Part shown: piece by piece, positions 47,153-55,075 of the stretch
Position numbering within the stretch: the stretch's first letter is position 1
Layout: each line of letters opens with the position of its first letter
From: a virus
Taxonomy: Duplodnaviria > Caudoviricetes
DNA: 64,000 nucleotides
Reading direction: 5' to 3' (one strand)
Virus record (IMG/VR): IMGVR_UViG_3300010885_080481
The notes under the pieces: generated by a model
What the model was told of the DNA's origin: nothing
The model's database searches: none
The model's input: the letters and a program-made list of their open reading frames with translations, nothing else
Program-made: the position numbers and the translations under genes

Positions 47153-48391
47153 ATGAACGATAATCGATTTCAAGGAATAGTTCGTAACTACACTGAGCAA
47201 GACGTAAGAAAGCTTCAGAACACGTTAAAGGTAGAACATACCTTGGCTAATCATGGAGCGCAGAAGCTTTGGAAGCTTATTAATTCCGAGCCATACGTTG
47301 CAGCCTTAGGAGCTCTCACGGGCAATCAGGCGGTGCAACAGGTCAAGGCAGGTCTCAAGGCTATCTATTTATCAGGATGGCAGGTAGCCGCCGACGCCAA
47401 CCTTGCCGGTGAGATGTATCCTGATCAGAGTCTCTATCCCGTCAACAGCGTTCCGTCTGTCGTTAAGCGTATCAACAATGCGCTTCTACGTTCAGATCAG
47501 ATCGATAACTCTGAAGGTAAGACCGGTACCGACTGGTTTGCACCAATTGTTGCCGATGCCGAGGCTGGTTTTGGTGGACCACTCAATGCATTTGAACTTA
47601 CCAAGGCTCTAATTGAAGCCGGAGCCTCAGGCGTCCATTTTGAGGATCAACTAGCCTCTGAAAAGAAATGTGGCCACATGGGAGGCAAGGTGCTCGTCCC
47701 AACTTCACAGTTCATCCGTACGTTGACTGCAGCACGTCTGGCCGCGGATGTTATGGATGTTCCAACCGTCATTATCGCCAGGACGGACGCAGATTCAGCT
47801 AGCCTCATTACCAGCGACATCGATCCATACGACAGAGACTACATCCTCGATGGCGACAGGACCCCTGAAGGATTCCATAGGCTGTGCCGAACAGGGCTTG
47901 AACGTTCGGTGGCTCGCGGTCTAGCATATGCTCCCTATGCAGACATGCTCTGGATGGAGACTTCAACCCCCGACCTGGAGCAGGCCAAGCTCTTCGCCGA
48001 GGCCATTCACAAGAAGTTTCCAGGAAAACCCCTAGCCTACAATTGCTCACCCTCATTCAACTGGAAGAAGAACCTCGATGACTCAACCATCGCTAAGTTC
48101 CAACGAGAGCTCGCCGCCATGGGCTATAAGTTCCAGTTCGTCACCCTTGCCGGCTTCCACTCGCTCAACCACTCCATGTACCAGTTGGCCCATGGTTATA
48201 AGGATCGAGGCATGGCAGCCTACTCTGAACTACAACAGGCTGAGTTTGCAGCTGAGAAGATCGGTTACACGGCCACGAAACACCAGCGAGAGGTCGGCAC
48301 CGGTTACTTTGATGCAGTCTCTCAGGTTATTTCTGCCGGTAATTCATCCACGTTGGCGCTTCATGGATCGACTGAAGAAGAGCAATTTTAA
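47153..48391 (+). CDS. aceA: Isocitrate lyase
   Basis: '[11 protein letters not shown]', 'YPDQSLYP', 'DAEAGFGG', 'HFEDQ', signature 'KKCGHMGGK', 'ARTDA', 'YNCSPSFNW', '[11 protein letters not shown]'. Confidence 0.97.
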   Translation: MNDNRFQGIVRNYTEQDVRKLQNTLKVEHTLANHGAQKLWKLINSEPYVAALGALTGNQAVQQVKAGLKAIYLSGWQVAADANLAGEMYPDQSLYPVNSVPSVVKRINNALLRSDQIDNSEGKTGTDWFAPIVADAEAGFGGPLNAFELTKALIEAGASGVHFEDQLASEKKCGHMGGKVLVPTSQFIRTLTAARLAADVMDVPTVIIARTDADSASLITSDIDPYDRDYILDGDRTPEGFHRLCRTGLERSVARGLAYAPYADMLWMETSTPDLEQAKLFAEAIHKKFPGKPLAYNCSPSFNWKKNLDDSTIAKFQRELAAMGYKFQFVTLAGFHSLNHSMYQLAHGYKDRGMAAYSELQQAEFAAEKIGYTATKHQREVGTGYFDAVSQVISAGNSSTLALHGSTEEEQF

Positions 48392-48437
48392 CTAAAAAAA
48401 TCGTAGTTGATTTTTATTTATAGTCAGGAGGCGTATT

Positions 48438-48671
48438 ATGCGCGACCTGACACCAAGTGAATTAGGTGTTATGCTTTTCAATATTAAGGGAGATCTTGAG
48501 ATTGTAGCTAACATTTTATCTAAGTGGAGAATGAGCGGACTAGGTCTAAATGGCATGGTCCCTCTTTCTATTATTGCTGCTGAAACAAAAACGAATACAA
48601 CAATATCTGAAGTTGAAGATTTAATTCAGATATTAGCGAAGGTATCGAACAATCTGATTGATAGATATTGA
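48438..48671 (+). CDS. Hypothetical protein
   Basis: AGGAGG RBS; TTATTTA at 48414. Confidence 0.55.
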   Translation: MRDLTPSELGVMLFNIKGDLEIVANILSKWRMSGLGLNGMVPLSIIAAETKTNTTISEVEDLIQILAKVSNNLIDRY

Positions 48672-48677
48672 CGTAAT

Positions 48678-48986
48678 ATGTCAACATCGATACTTCGCAA
48701 ATTTATAAAAAATGTAATTTTAGAAGCAAAGATTGAAGCATCACCAGAGTACATGAAAAAGGAAATGGTGATGCAATCAATCCAAAGAGATCTTGCTTCT
48801 TTAGTTAGATTAGGGAAAATAAAAACAAAAGCTCAGATGGATGAATGGTTAGAATTCTATCTAGCACATCCTCCTGAAGGAGCAGAACCATCTGCGGTTA
48901 AGCTGGCAACTCAAACGTTAAAATCTATACCAGATCCAAAGGTGTTCCTAGCACCAGGAGCAGTAGCCTCTGATCGTAAGAGATAA
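48678..48986 (+). CDS. Hypothetical protein with shared N-terminal peptide
   Basis: MSTSILRKFIKNVILEA... Confidence 0.6.
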   Translation: MSTSILRKFIKNVILEAKIEASPEYMKKEMVMQSIQRDLASLVRLGKIKTKAQMDEWLEFYLAHPPEGAEPSAVKLATQTLKSIPDPKVFLAPGAVASDRKR

Positions 48987-48987
48987 A

Positions 48988-49170
48988 ATGAAGCTCGTTA
49001 AAGGAATTGATTATTTTTTGGAAAATGACCGAATAGTTTTCACTCGTGAGTTTTTGTTAAAACGAGGGTATTGTTGCAATTCTCGTTGCAGAAATTGTCC
49101 GTATACTGAAAAAAAAGTGAAAAATGACTCTGCGGAAGAAGTCACTGTGCAAATTCCTAAAAATTCCTGA
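48988..49170 (+). CDS. Small Cys-rich protein (DUF5522-like)
   Basis: 'DYF...IVFTREFLLKRGYCCNSRCRNCPY'. Confidence 0.65.
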   Translation: MKLVKGIDYFLENDRIVFTREFLLKRGYCCNSRCRNCPYTEKKVKNDSAEEVTVQIPKNS

Positions 49171-49182
49171 TACCATGTTGGT

Positions 49183-49764
49183 ATGGGTATTGGCAAGATC
49201 GACCTGTCTGAAGCTAGTTCTATCGCAAGTTCTGTCTTGAAATACATTCAACCTGCCTTGACCAAAGGCGAAGTTGCTGGATCAATCCGCCGCCATAAAG
49301 AAATTGTCGGCGATGTTGAGATCGTTGCGATGAGCGATAACAGAGAGCTTCTTGTCAAACTCCTGGCCGACGTTGGTCAGCACATCAAGCCTGGTGTGCC
49401 GGGCCTAGTTCCTTGGGCGCCGAAGGTCGATGCCAAGTATTTTCGAGTTCGTTTGAATGAAGGCATGAATCTCGATCTCTTCATGGCATCTCCTGAGAAT
49501 TGGGGAGGGCTTTTGTTGATGCGAACTGGTTCTGGCGCCGGACTAGATGGTAATTCTTTCAACGGTTTCACACCAGGTATTTTTTCTCGTTGGAAGAAGC
49601 TTTCAGGTGGCGGCCGCATGACGAACTGCATGCCAACGATGCCCACTGGCGAACAACTGTGGATTCCGGAAGAGCAGGACTTTTTTGATCTTCTCGAGAT
49701 GGATTTCGTTCCTCCTGTCGAACGAGTTTCGAAGGCTGCGATCAAGAAATATATTCGCAAATGA
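49183..49764 (+). CDS. DNA polymerase X-like nucleotidyltransferase (palm/thumb only)
   Basis: 'AGSIRRHKEIVGDVEIV', 'LDLF', 'RTGS', 'EEQDFFDLLEMDFVPPVER'. Confidence 0.75.
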   Translation: MGIGKIDLSEASSIASSVLKYIQPALTKGEVAGSIRRHKEIVGDVEIVAMSDNRELLVKLLADVGQHIKPGVPGLVPWAPKVDAKYFRVRLNEGMNLDLFMASPENWGGLLLMRTGSGAGLDGNSFNGFTPGIFSRWKKLSGGGRMTNCMPTMPTGEQLWIPEEQDFFDLLEMDFVPPVERVSKAAIKKYIRK

Positions 49765-49790
49765 ATTTGAGAGCAATATTTAGTCATGCT

Positions 49791-50537
49791 ATGAAATTGG
49801 CTGTCTTCGATCTTGATGGTACTTTGGCAGAAAGCAAATCTCGTGTAAAGCCAAACATGGTTGATAGCTTGAAGAAGCTTCTTGCCAAGCATGATGTTGC
49901 AGTGATTTCCGGGGGTGCGTGGCCGCAATTCGAATCTCAGCTCGTGAATCAACTCGGACTTTCGTCAGACGAATCCCGGCGCTTACACCTATTTCCGACG
50001 TCAGGCACCAGCTTCTATAATAACCATGATGGTAAAAAGTGGAACAGGGTCTATTACGAAGGCCTCACTGACGAAGAAGTCAAGAAGATTATGTTGGCAT
50101 TTCGTGTCGTTCTTGATAACCCAGGCGTAAAGATGCCAACAAGATTTTGGGGGGATCAGCTAGAAAATCGAGGAACTCAGATCACATTTTCTGCCATGGG
50201 CCAGCTTGCGCCCGTCGAGGAGAAGAAAAAGTGGGATCCTTCTTTCTTCAAACGTTTAATCCTTATAGAAAAGCTGATGCAGCATCTACCTGAATTTGCG
50301 CTTAAAGCAGGCGGTTCTACATCCATTGACGTTACGCGCAAAGGCATTGACAAAGCATACGGTATCGCACAGATGGAAAAGCATCTAGGGATCCCAAGGA
50401 AAGAGATGCTATTTATTGGAGATGCAATTTTCCCAGGAGGAAACGATTATGCCGTTCAAGAGGCAGGCGTCAAATGCATCGAGACATCTGGACCTGAATT
50501 CACTATTCAAATCATTGAAGAAATTTTGAAGAGTTAA
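49791..50537 (+). CDS. HAD-IIB hydrolase, phosphomannomutase-like
   Basis: 'FDLDGTL', 'VISGG', 'ENRG', 'GGSTSIDV', 'DKAYG', 'GDAIFPGGND'. Confidence 0.8.
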   Translation: MKLAVFDLDGTLAESKSRVKPNMVDSLKKLLAKHDVAVISGGAWPQFESQLVNQLGLSSDESRRLHLFPTSGTSFYNNHDGKKWNRVYYEGLTDEEVKKIMLAFRVVLDNPGVKMPTRFWGDQLENRGTQITFSAMGQLAPVEEKKKWDPSFFKRLILIEKLMQHLPEFALKAGGSTSIDVTRKGIDKAYGIAQMEKHLGIPRKEMLFIGDAIFPGGNDYAVQEAGVKCIETSGPEFTIQIIEEILKS

Positions 50538-50568
50538 GAATAAATAGGACAAAAGGAAATCATTCATC

Positions 50569-50988
50569 ATGAAGATACGTCTCGGAGACCTCAGAAGAAT
50601 TATCAAAGAAGAAGTTGAAATGTCTGCGATCCCTTCGGTTGAAAATCTTGAAAAAGAAATTGGACCTCACTACAACCTCGTAAACGTTCAAGGCATGGAC
50701 CCAGCTTATTTGGATTCAGCAAAGAGCGCTGCAAAAAGCTATTATGATTTTCTTGCCAAGGTAGAAAAAGAGTATGGAAAGGCCGGCCCAATCACAGGCA
50801 TGCTATCCAAGTTTTACGAATTTTCGAAAATCTCTGCTGTTGATGCTCAAAAGAAATTCGACCTCCTCAAACAGCTGCGTGATGATAGAGCATCTCAGGC
50901 ACAAATGAAAATGAAAGCCGGACGTCACCCTGGCAGTGATGATTATGCCACGCCGATGCCCGGCGGCGGATTTTACACGGGTGATTGA
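50569..50988 (+). CDS. Hypothetical protein with shared N-terminal peptide
   Basis: MKIRLGDLRRIIKEEV...; ATAAATA at 50540. Confidence 0.65.
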   Translation: MKIRLGDLRRIIKEEVEMSAIPSVENLEKEIGPHYNLVNVQGMDPAYLDSAKSAAKSYYDFLAKVEKEYGKAGPITGMLSKFYEFSKISAVDAQKKFDLLKQLRDDRASQAQMKMKAGRHPGSDDYATPMPGGGFYTGD

Positions 50989-50993
50989 TTGAA

Positions 50994-51023
50994 GTGCAAT
51001 TTTCGATGTGGTCATGATACGAT
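50994..51023 (+). promoter_or_regulatory. Putative promoter GTGCAA-N18-TACGAT
   Basis: Directly before ATG 51030. Confidence 0.55.
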
Positions 51024-51029
51024 AAGTGC

Positions 51030-51854
51030 ATGACCATCCTCTGCATCGACTTCATGAACGCAGCCCATCGTGCTCGCAGCGGATTCACCTCCGGCAAGCA
51101 CGCTGTCGTTTATAACTTCTTCAGGCAATTCAAGGCTCTCGTCGACCAATTCAAGCCCAGCCGCGTCTACCTGGCCCTTGAAGGTCGTCCCGTCCATCGC
51201 CACGAGGCCATGGTGGAATACAAGGCAAATCGCGTCATCGCAGAGGATGATCCGCGGAGAGAGGAACTCTTCCGGTTCTTCAAACAGAAGGACACCATCC
51301 TCAAACTCCTCTCGGAAAACTTCCCGGTGTCCTGTGTTCGTCATCCCACCTCCGAGGCCGACGACACCATCTACAACTTGATCAAGACCTCCTCCACGGC
51401 CGTTCCCTGGACCGTCGTCTCCACCGACACCGACTTCATTCAGGCCCTACAAGAATTCCCGCATATTTCGTTGTATAATCCGGTCAAAAAGATTTTCGTG
51501 AATTCTCCTGACCATCCCTACATCACCTGGAAGGCGCTTCGCGGAGACTCATCAGACAACATTCCTGGCATCCCAGGGGTTGGTGACAAGACGGCTGAGA
51601 AGTTGGCCTGTGATCCGGAAGCCCTGGCAGAGTTCCTTTCCGATCCGTCGAAAGCCGAGGTGTTCCAACGCAACTACGATCTTATTTCTTTCAGGACGTG
51701 GTCAGAGGTAGAGGCGACAGAAATGACGTCAAGTTCTCCGTCCAAAGACTGGAATTCTGTCAAAGAAATTTTCGATAATATGGGGTTTCAATCCATCACC
51801 AAGGAAGGTTCTTGGCAAAAGTTTCTAATGCCTTTCGAAACGCTGTGGGGCTGA
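51030..51854 (+). CDS. Second 5'-3' exonuclease / flap endonuclease
   Basis: 'IDFMN', 'EADDTI', 'STDTDF', 'LRGDSSDNIPGIPGVGDKTA'. Confidence 0.9.
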   Translation: MTILCIDFMNAAHRARSGFTSGKHAVVYNFFRQFKALVDQFKPSRVYLALEGRPVHRHEAMVEYKANRVIAEDDPRREELFRFFKQKDTILKLLSENFPVSCVRHPTSEADDTIYNLIKTSSTAVPWTVVSTDTDFIQALQEFPHISLYNPVKKIFVNSPDHPYITWKALRGDSSDNIPGIPGVGDKTAEKLACDPEALAEFLSDPSKAEVFQRNYDLISFRTWSEVEATEMTSSSPSKDWNSVKEIFDNMGFQSITKEGSWQKFLMPFETLWG

Positions 51855-51867
51855 TATTTATGATTTG

Positions 51868-52155
51868 ATGAAAAGATCTTTTACGATCTTTATGATCTTT
51901 CTTTCGGGCTGTTCTTCTTTCAAGCTAATTGAAACGGGGAACAGCCCTACTCGCGTTCAATCATTGCCGGTAAAAGCAGCGTTAAAAGACAGCAGCGTTA
52001 ATTTAGGATTTCCATTAAGGGTAGAAAAAAAGCCGACAGGCGGGGTTCGATCAACGGTCGACCTGAAAGTAGAAATTATACTGACCGAACCTGACGGAAT
52101 TGACATACCATTAGTTCCTAATGGAATCACGATAGGGTTAAAAAATCGCTGGTAG
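51868..52155 (+). CDS. Small lipoprotein
   Basis: 'MKRSFTIFMIFLSGC' lipobox; ATATTTA at 51854. Confidence 0.55.
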   Translation: MKRSFTIFMIFLSGCSSFKLIETGNSPTRVQSLPVKAALKDSSVNLGFPLRVEKKPTGGVRSTVDLKVEIILTEPDGIDIPLVPNGITIGLKNRW

Positions 52156-52407
52156 TATATTTTTAACCCAACCAGTCCCTGTCCATCCAAGCACACCTTC
52201 AGGACCTAATAGCAAACAAGAGCTATTTTCCCATTCTGGTTGTAAATTCTTATATTTTTCATCAAAATTTTGTATCTTGATGATTGTAAGAATTTCATTC
52301 GCTTCTACTTCTGCAATCACGACATTTGGGTTGCATCCATCCGACCACAACAAAAGCTTGTTGTCTTCCTCCCCTAAATTTGGAACGACTATATCTCCAA
52401 CTTTCAT
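52138..52407 (-). CDS. Small SH3/KOW-like protein
   Basis: 'MKVGDIV...LLLGPEGVLGW'. Confidence 0.55.
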   Translation of the reverse strand: MKVGDIVVPNLGEEDNKLLLWSDGCNPNVVIAEVEANEILTIIKIQNFDEKYKNLQPEWENSSCLLLGPEGVLGWTGTGWVKNILPAIF

Positions 52408-52485
52408 TGTGAATACTTTATAAGATAATACACTATTTTTTTCTTACGTTCAATGTTGGTTTAAATAGATATTCAAAATTGAATA

Positions 52486-53040
52486 ATGGAGAAGTTTATG
52501 TTATCAAACGAAGGCTATGACAGGTTAATAGATGATATAAGAAAAGAATTTCCTAATTTCAGGATCATCAAGAAAACAGATTCTAGATTCATGAAATTGA
52601 TAAATGCTTTCTTACGGATTGCGTCTTTCGGTAAAATGAAGACGTTTATGGACTCTTTTATCACGACGATCGGTACGACTGTCTACGTCCCTGACTCTTG
52701 GAATTCTAGATCTTCTTCAACAAAAGCTATAACGATGCGTCATGAAAGAGTACACATGCGTCAAGCTCGCGTTTGGGGGAGGATCGCATTTTCTTTTCTC
52801 TATCTTTTTTTTCCTCTGCCTTTTGTCTTCGCGTACTTTAGGATGAAGTTTGAAAAAGAAGCTTATGAAGAAAGCTTGAGAGCAGCTCATGAATATTATG
52901 GAACCAAGCTTTTTACGCAAGCCTTAAAAGACGACGTAGTTCAACACTTTACTTCTGCTGAATACATGTGGATGTGGCCTTGGAAAAAATCGATAGAAGA
53001 ATGGTACGATGGAGTGATTAAAGGTATTACAAAAAAGTAA
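52486..53040 (+). CDS. HExxH zinc-metallopeptidase-like protein
   Basis: 'TTIGTTVY', 'RHERVHMRQ', 'FEKEAY'. Confidence 0.65.
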   Translation: MEKFMLSNEGYDRLIDDIRKEFPNFRIIKKTDSRFMKLINAFLRIASFGKMKTFMDSFITTIGTTVYVPDSWNSRSSSTKAITMRHERVHMRQARVWGRIAFSFLYLFFPLPFVFAYFRMKFEKEAYEESLRAAHEYYGTKLFTQALKDDVVQHFTSAEYMWMWPWKKSIEEWYDGVIKGITKK

Positions 53041-53138
53041 CGTCGGCAAAAAATTTTTACGAATTTGTAAAATCAGCGATCACAGGTGAATAGCTATTAA
53101 TAAGGCTGGAGCTCAGCCCCTCCGGCCAGGAGGTCCTG

Positions 53139-53876
53139 ATGAAAACTTTCAGGAACCTATTACAATTTAGCTTGCTATCATTCGTGGTAGGGTGTTGTAC
53201 AGGAGGATCTATACCCTTAAAGCCAGAGCCAACGAAACAGGAACTACCTAATCATACGTTGGCAAATGATAGACAAAAAACCGTTGAATATCTACTACAT
53301 TCCACAGCGGCTTTAGTCGAAAATGTGGGTTCGTTTGTCGTAACAAACTGCGCAGGGGTCTGGATATCAAAAACGTTAATTTTGACAGCAAATCATTGTG
53401 TGGATGAACACCCGCCGAATTTTCAGTACATAGTCCCAGGAGATTTGGCTGATAAAAAATCGAGAGAAGCTCTCTTATTAGCCGCTGACAAAAAAGTTGA
53501 TCTTGCTCTTTTGATGGCAAATCCTGAAGATTTGCCTGAACATAATGTGGTCAAGCTAAGCGAAGATCCTATCGTGACAGGAGATCCGATGCATGTTGTC
53601 GGTCACACGGCTGGATATCCTTGGACTTATTCATATGGATTCGTCTCTGCCATCAGAGATGGCATGTTTGGTCCATCAGCTTTTGATACAAAAGTGGTTC
53701 AAATCTCCGCACCAGTGTGGATGGGAAATAGCGGCGGCGGGGCCTTTGACGCCAATGGTCAATTGGTCGGAATCTGTTCATGGATTTCCAAAAATGGTCC
53801 ACACTTAACGTTCTTTATACATAGAGATATTATCAAGTCGTTTTTACGCCAAGAATCTTTTAAAAAGACGCCTTGA
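53139..53876 (+). CDS. Trypsin-like serine protease, probable lipoprotein
   Basis: 'LTANHC', 'DLALL', 'GNSGGG'; N-terminal 'LLSFVVGC'; AGGAGG RBS. Confidence 0.85.
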   Translation: MKTFRNLLQFSLLSFVVGCCTGGSIPLKPEPTKQELPNHTLANDRQKTVEYLLHSTAALVENVGSFVVTNCAGVWISKTLILTANHCVDEHPPNFQYIVPGDLADKKSREALLLAADKKVDLALLMANPEDLPEHNVVKLSEDPIVTGDPMHVVGHTAGYPWTYSYGFVSAIRDGMFGPSAFDTKVVQISAPVWMGNSGGGAFDANGQLVGICSWISKNGPHLTFFIHRDIIKSFLRQESFKKTP

Positions 53877-54159
53877 TGTTTGGAAGCTTTTGATGCAGAC
53901 TAAAACTATAAAATTGCTCTACAGTGTCGTCAAATAGGTCGACAATACCATTTTCATTGATTTTCATCACGGTTCCTTCGTGCACTTTCGTCTTTCCGCC
54001 CAAGGTTCTCTCAAAGAACACTCTGCCTTGTGGCGGAACGACGAATTTGCCATCAACGATAGCATCAGGAAGCGTGCTTAAATCGACCTTTACTTTTTTC
54101 TTCCTAGGTGCCCTTTTCTCCGTCTTCTCTGATTGCTCCATCATTTTTCTTTTTATCAT
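53860..54159 (-). CDS. Hypothetical beta-barrel-like protein
   Basis: ORF coupled downstream of the MBD4-like gene. Confidence 0.5.
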   Translation of the reverse strand: MIKRKMMEQSEKTEKRAPRKKKVKVDLSTLPDAIVDGKFVVPPQGRVFFERTLGGKTKVHEGTVMKINENGIVDLFDDTVEQFYSFSLHQKLPNIKASF

Positions 54160-54565
54160 GTTTTGTTCTCCAATGCCAATATTTCGTCAAAGCGTGATCT
54201 TTTGGTGCCACGTCACCCATATCATTCTTGCAGAATATCTCCCAGGCCCTTGATCCATACTCTCCTATACCTGGAAGACTTCGCACGTCTTGCCATTCTT
54301 CAAGGTAACTAGAAGCTAGTTTCTTTAACAAACTAGATCTTCTGTTTTTAAATCCTAAAGGATAGATCACTGACTGCAGATCCACCTCCGATGCCGCTAC
54401 AATCGTAACGGCATTTGGCCAACGTGAGAAAAATTCTGGTAAAACTTTTTCTACTTGCTTTCTCGATGTGCAATTTAACATCACGCAAGAAACCAATATC
54501 TTCCACTTATCTGGCCACAGGTCTTCTTGTATTAAGCCAAAAGGGCTCCGCGGTGGCGGCGACAT
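54104..54565 (-). CDS. MBD4-like HhH mismatch DNA glycosylase
   Basis: 'PPRSPFGLIQEDLW..KWKILVSCVMLN', 'PLG', HhH 'LPGIGEYG', 'IFC', 'PKDHALTKY' closely follow the recalled human MBD4 catalytic domain, including the catalytic Asp. Confidence 0.9.
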   Translation of the reverse strand: MSPPPRSPFGLIQEDLWPDKWKILVSCVMLNCTSRKQVEKVLPEFFSRWPNAVTIVAASEVDLQSVIYPLGFKNRRSSLLKKLASSYLEEWQDVRSLPGIGEYGSRAWEIFCKNDMGDVAPKDHALTKYWHWRTKHDKKKNDGAIREDGEKGT

Positions 54566-54594
54566 AGGATGTATGTACTACAATTGCCGTCAGG

Positions 54595-54633
54595 TGTTCA
54601 ATGATTGAACAATCGAAATTTTTACAGTAAATT
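54595..54633. promoter_or_regulatory. Palindromic divergent control site TGTTCAAT-G-ATTGAACA, with TTGAAC-N17-TAAATT on +
   Basis: Perfect inverted repeat 54595-54611 between divergent genes. Confidence 0.45.
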
Positions 54634-54639
54634 ATCATC

Positions 54640-55062
54640 ATGCGTTTCTCAAAAACAATTTCACTAGCAATCGCTTCAGTTTTCTTTGTGACATCTTGTA
54701 TCGACGTCGCACCTTCTCCTCAGTCTAACAACAAGTGCGGAGATGATAAGTGCCTATCTCCACAAGAGGAACCTCCACTTGCGCCTGTCGATGATAGCAT
54801 GTCGCTCGCAGCTGAGGAATGTTTGTGGTGCCTCGGCGCGGCTTCAGAAGCATGCCTCGATGAGAACGAAGATTGCCTCTCATCAATGAGTTGTAAGGCA
54901 TGGAAAGATTGCACTGAGTCTTGCGCAGCGGGTGATGCTGAAGAAAATTGCTACAGCACTTGCGATGAGTCTATCCAAACACTTTTCACGCCAAGCAAAG
55001 TAAAAACTTGTAATTGTGACGTTTGTTACGCACAATGTTTTAACATGTGTCCTCAGCAGTAG
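54640..55062 (+). CDS. Cys-rich lipoprotein (myxobacterial style)
   Basis: 'FFVTSC' lipobox; dense CxxC/CxxxC array. Confidence 0.65.
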   Translation: MRFSKTISLAIASVFFVTSCIDVAPSPQSNNKCGDDKCLSPQEEPPLAPVDDSMSLAAEECLWCLGAASEACLDENEDCLSSMSCKAWKDCTESCAAGDAEENCYSTCDESIQTLFTPSKVKTCNCDVCYAQCFNMCPQQ

Positions 55063-55075
55063 TATATTTAATGAT

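Noticed and set aside
49791-54565. Eukaryotic giant virus, suggested by MBD4-like and PMM-like genes
   Set aside because: Shine-Dalgarno sites, overlap-coupled operons, a peptidoglycan lysozyme and contractile-tail genes indicate a bacteriophage.
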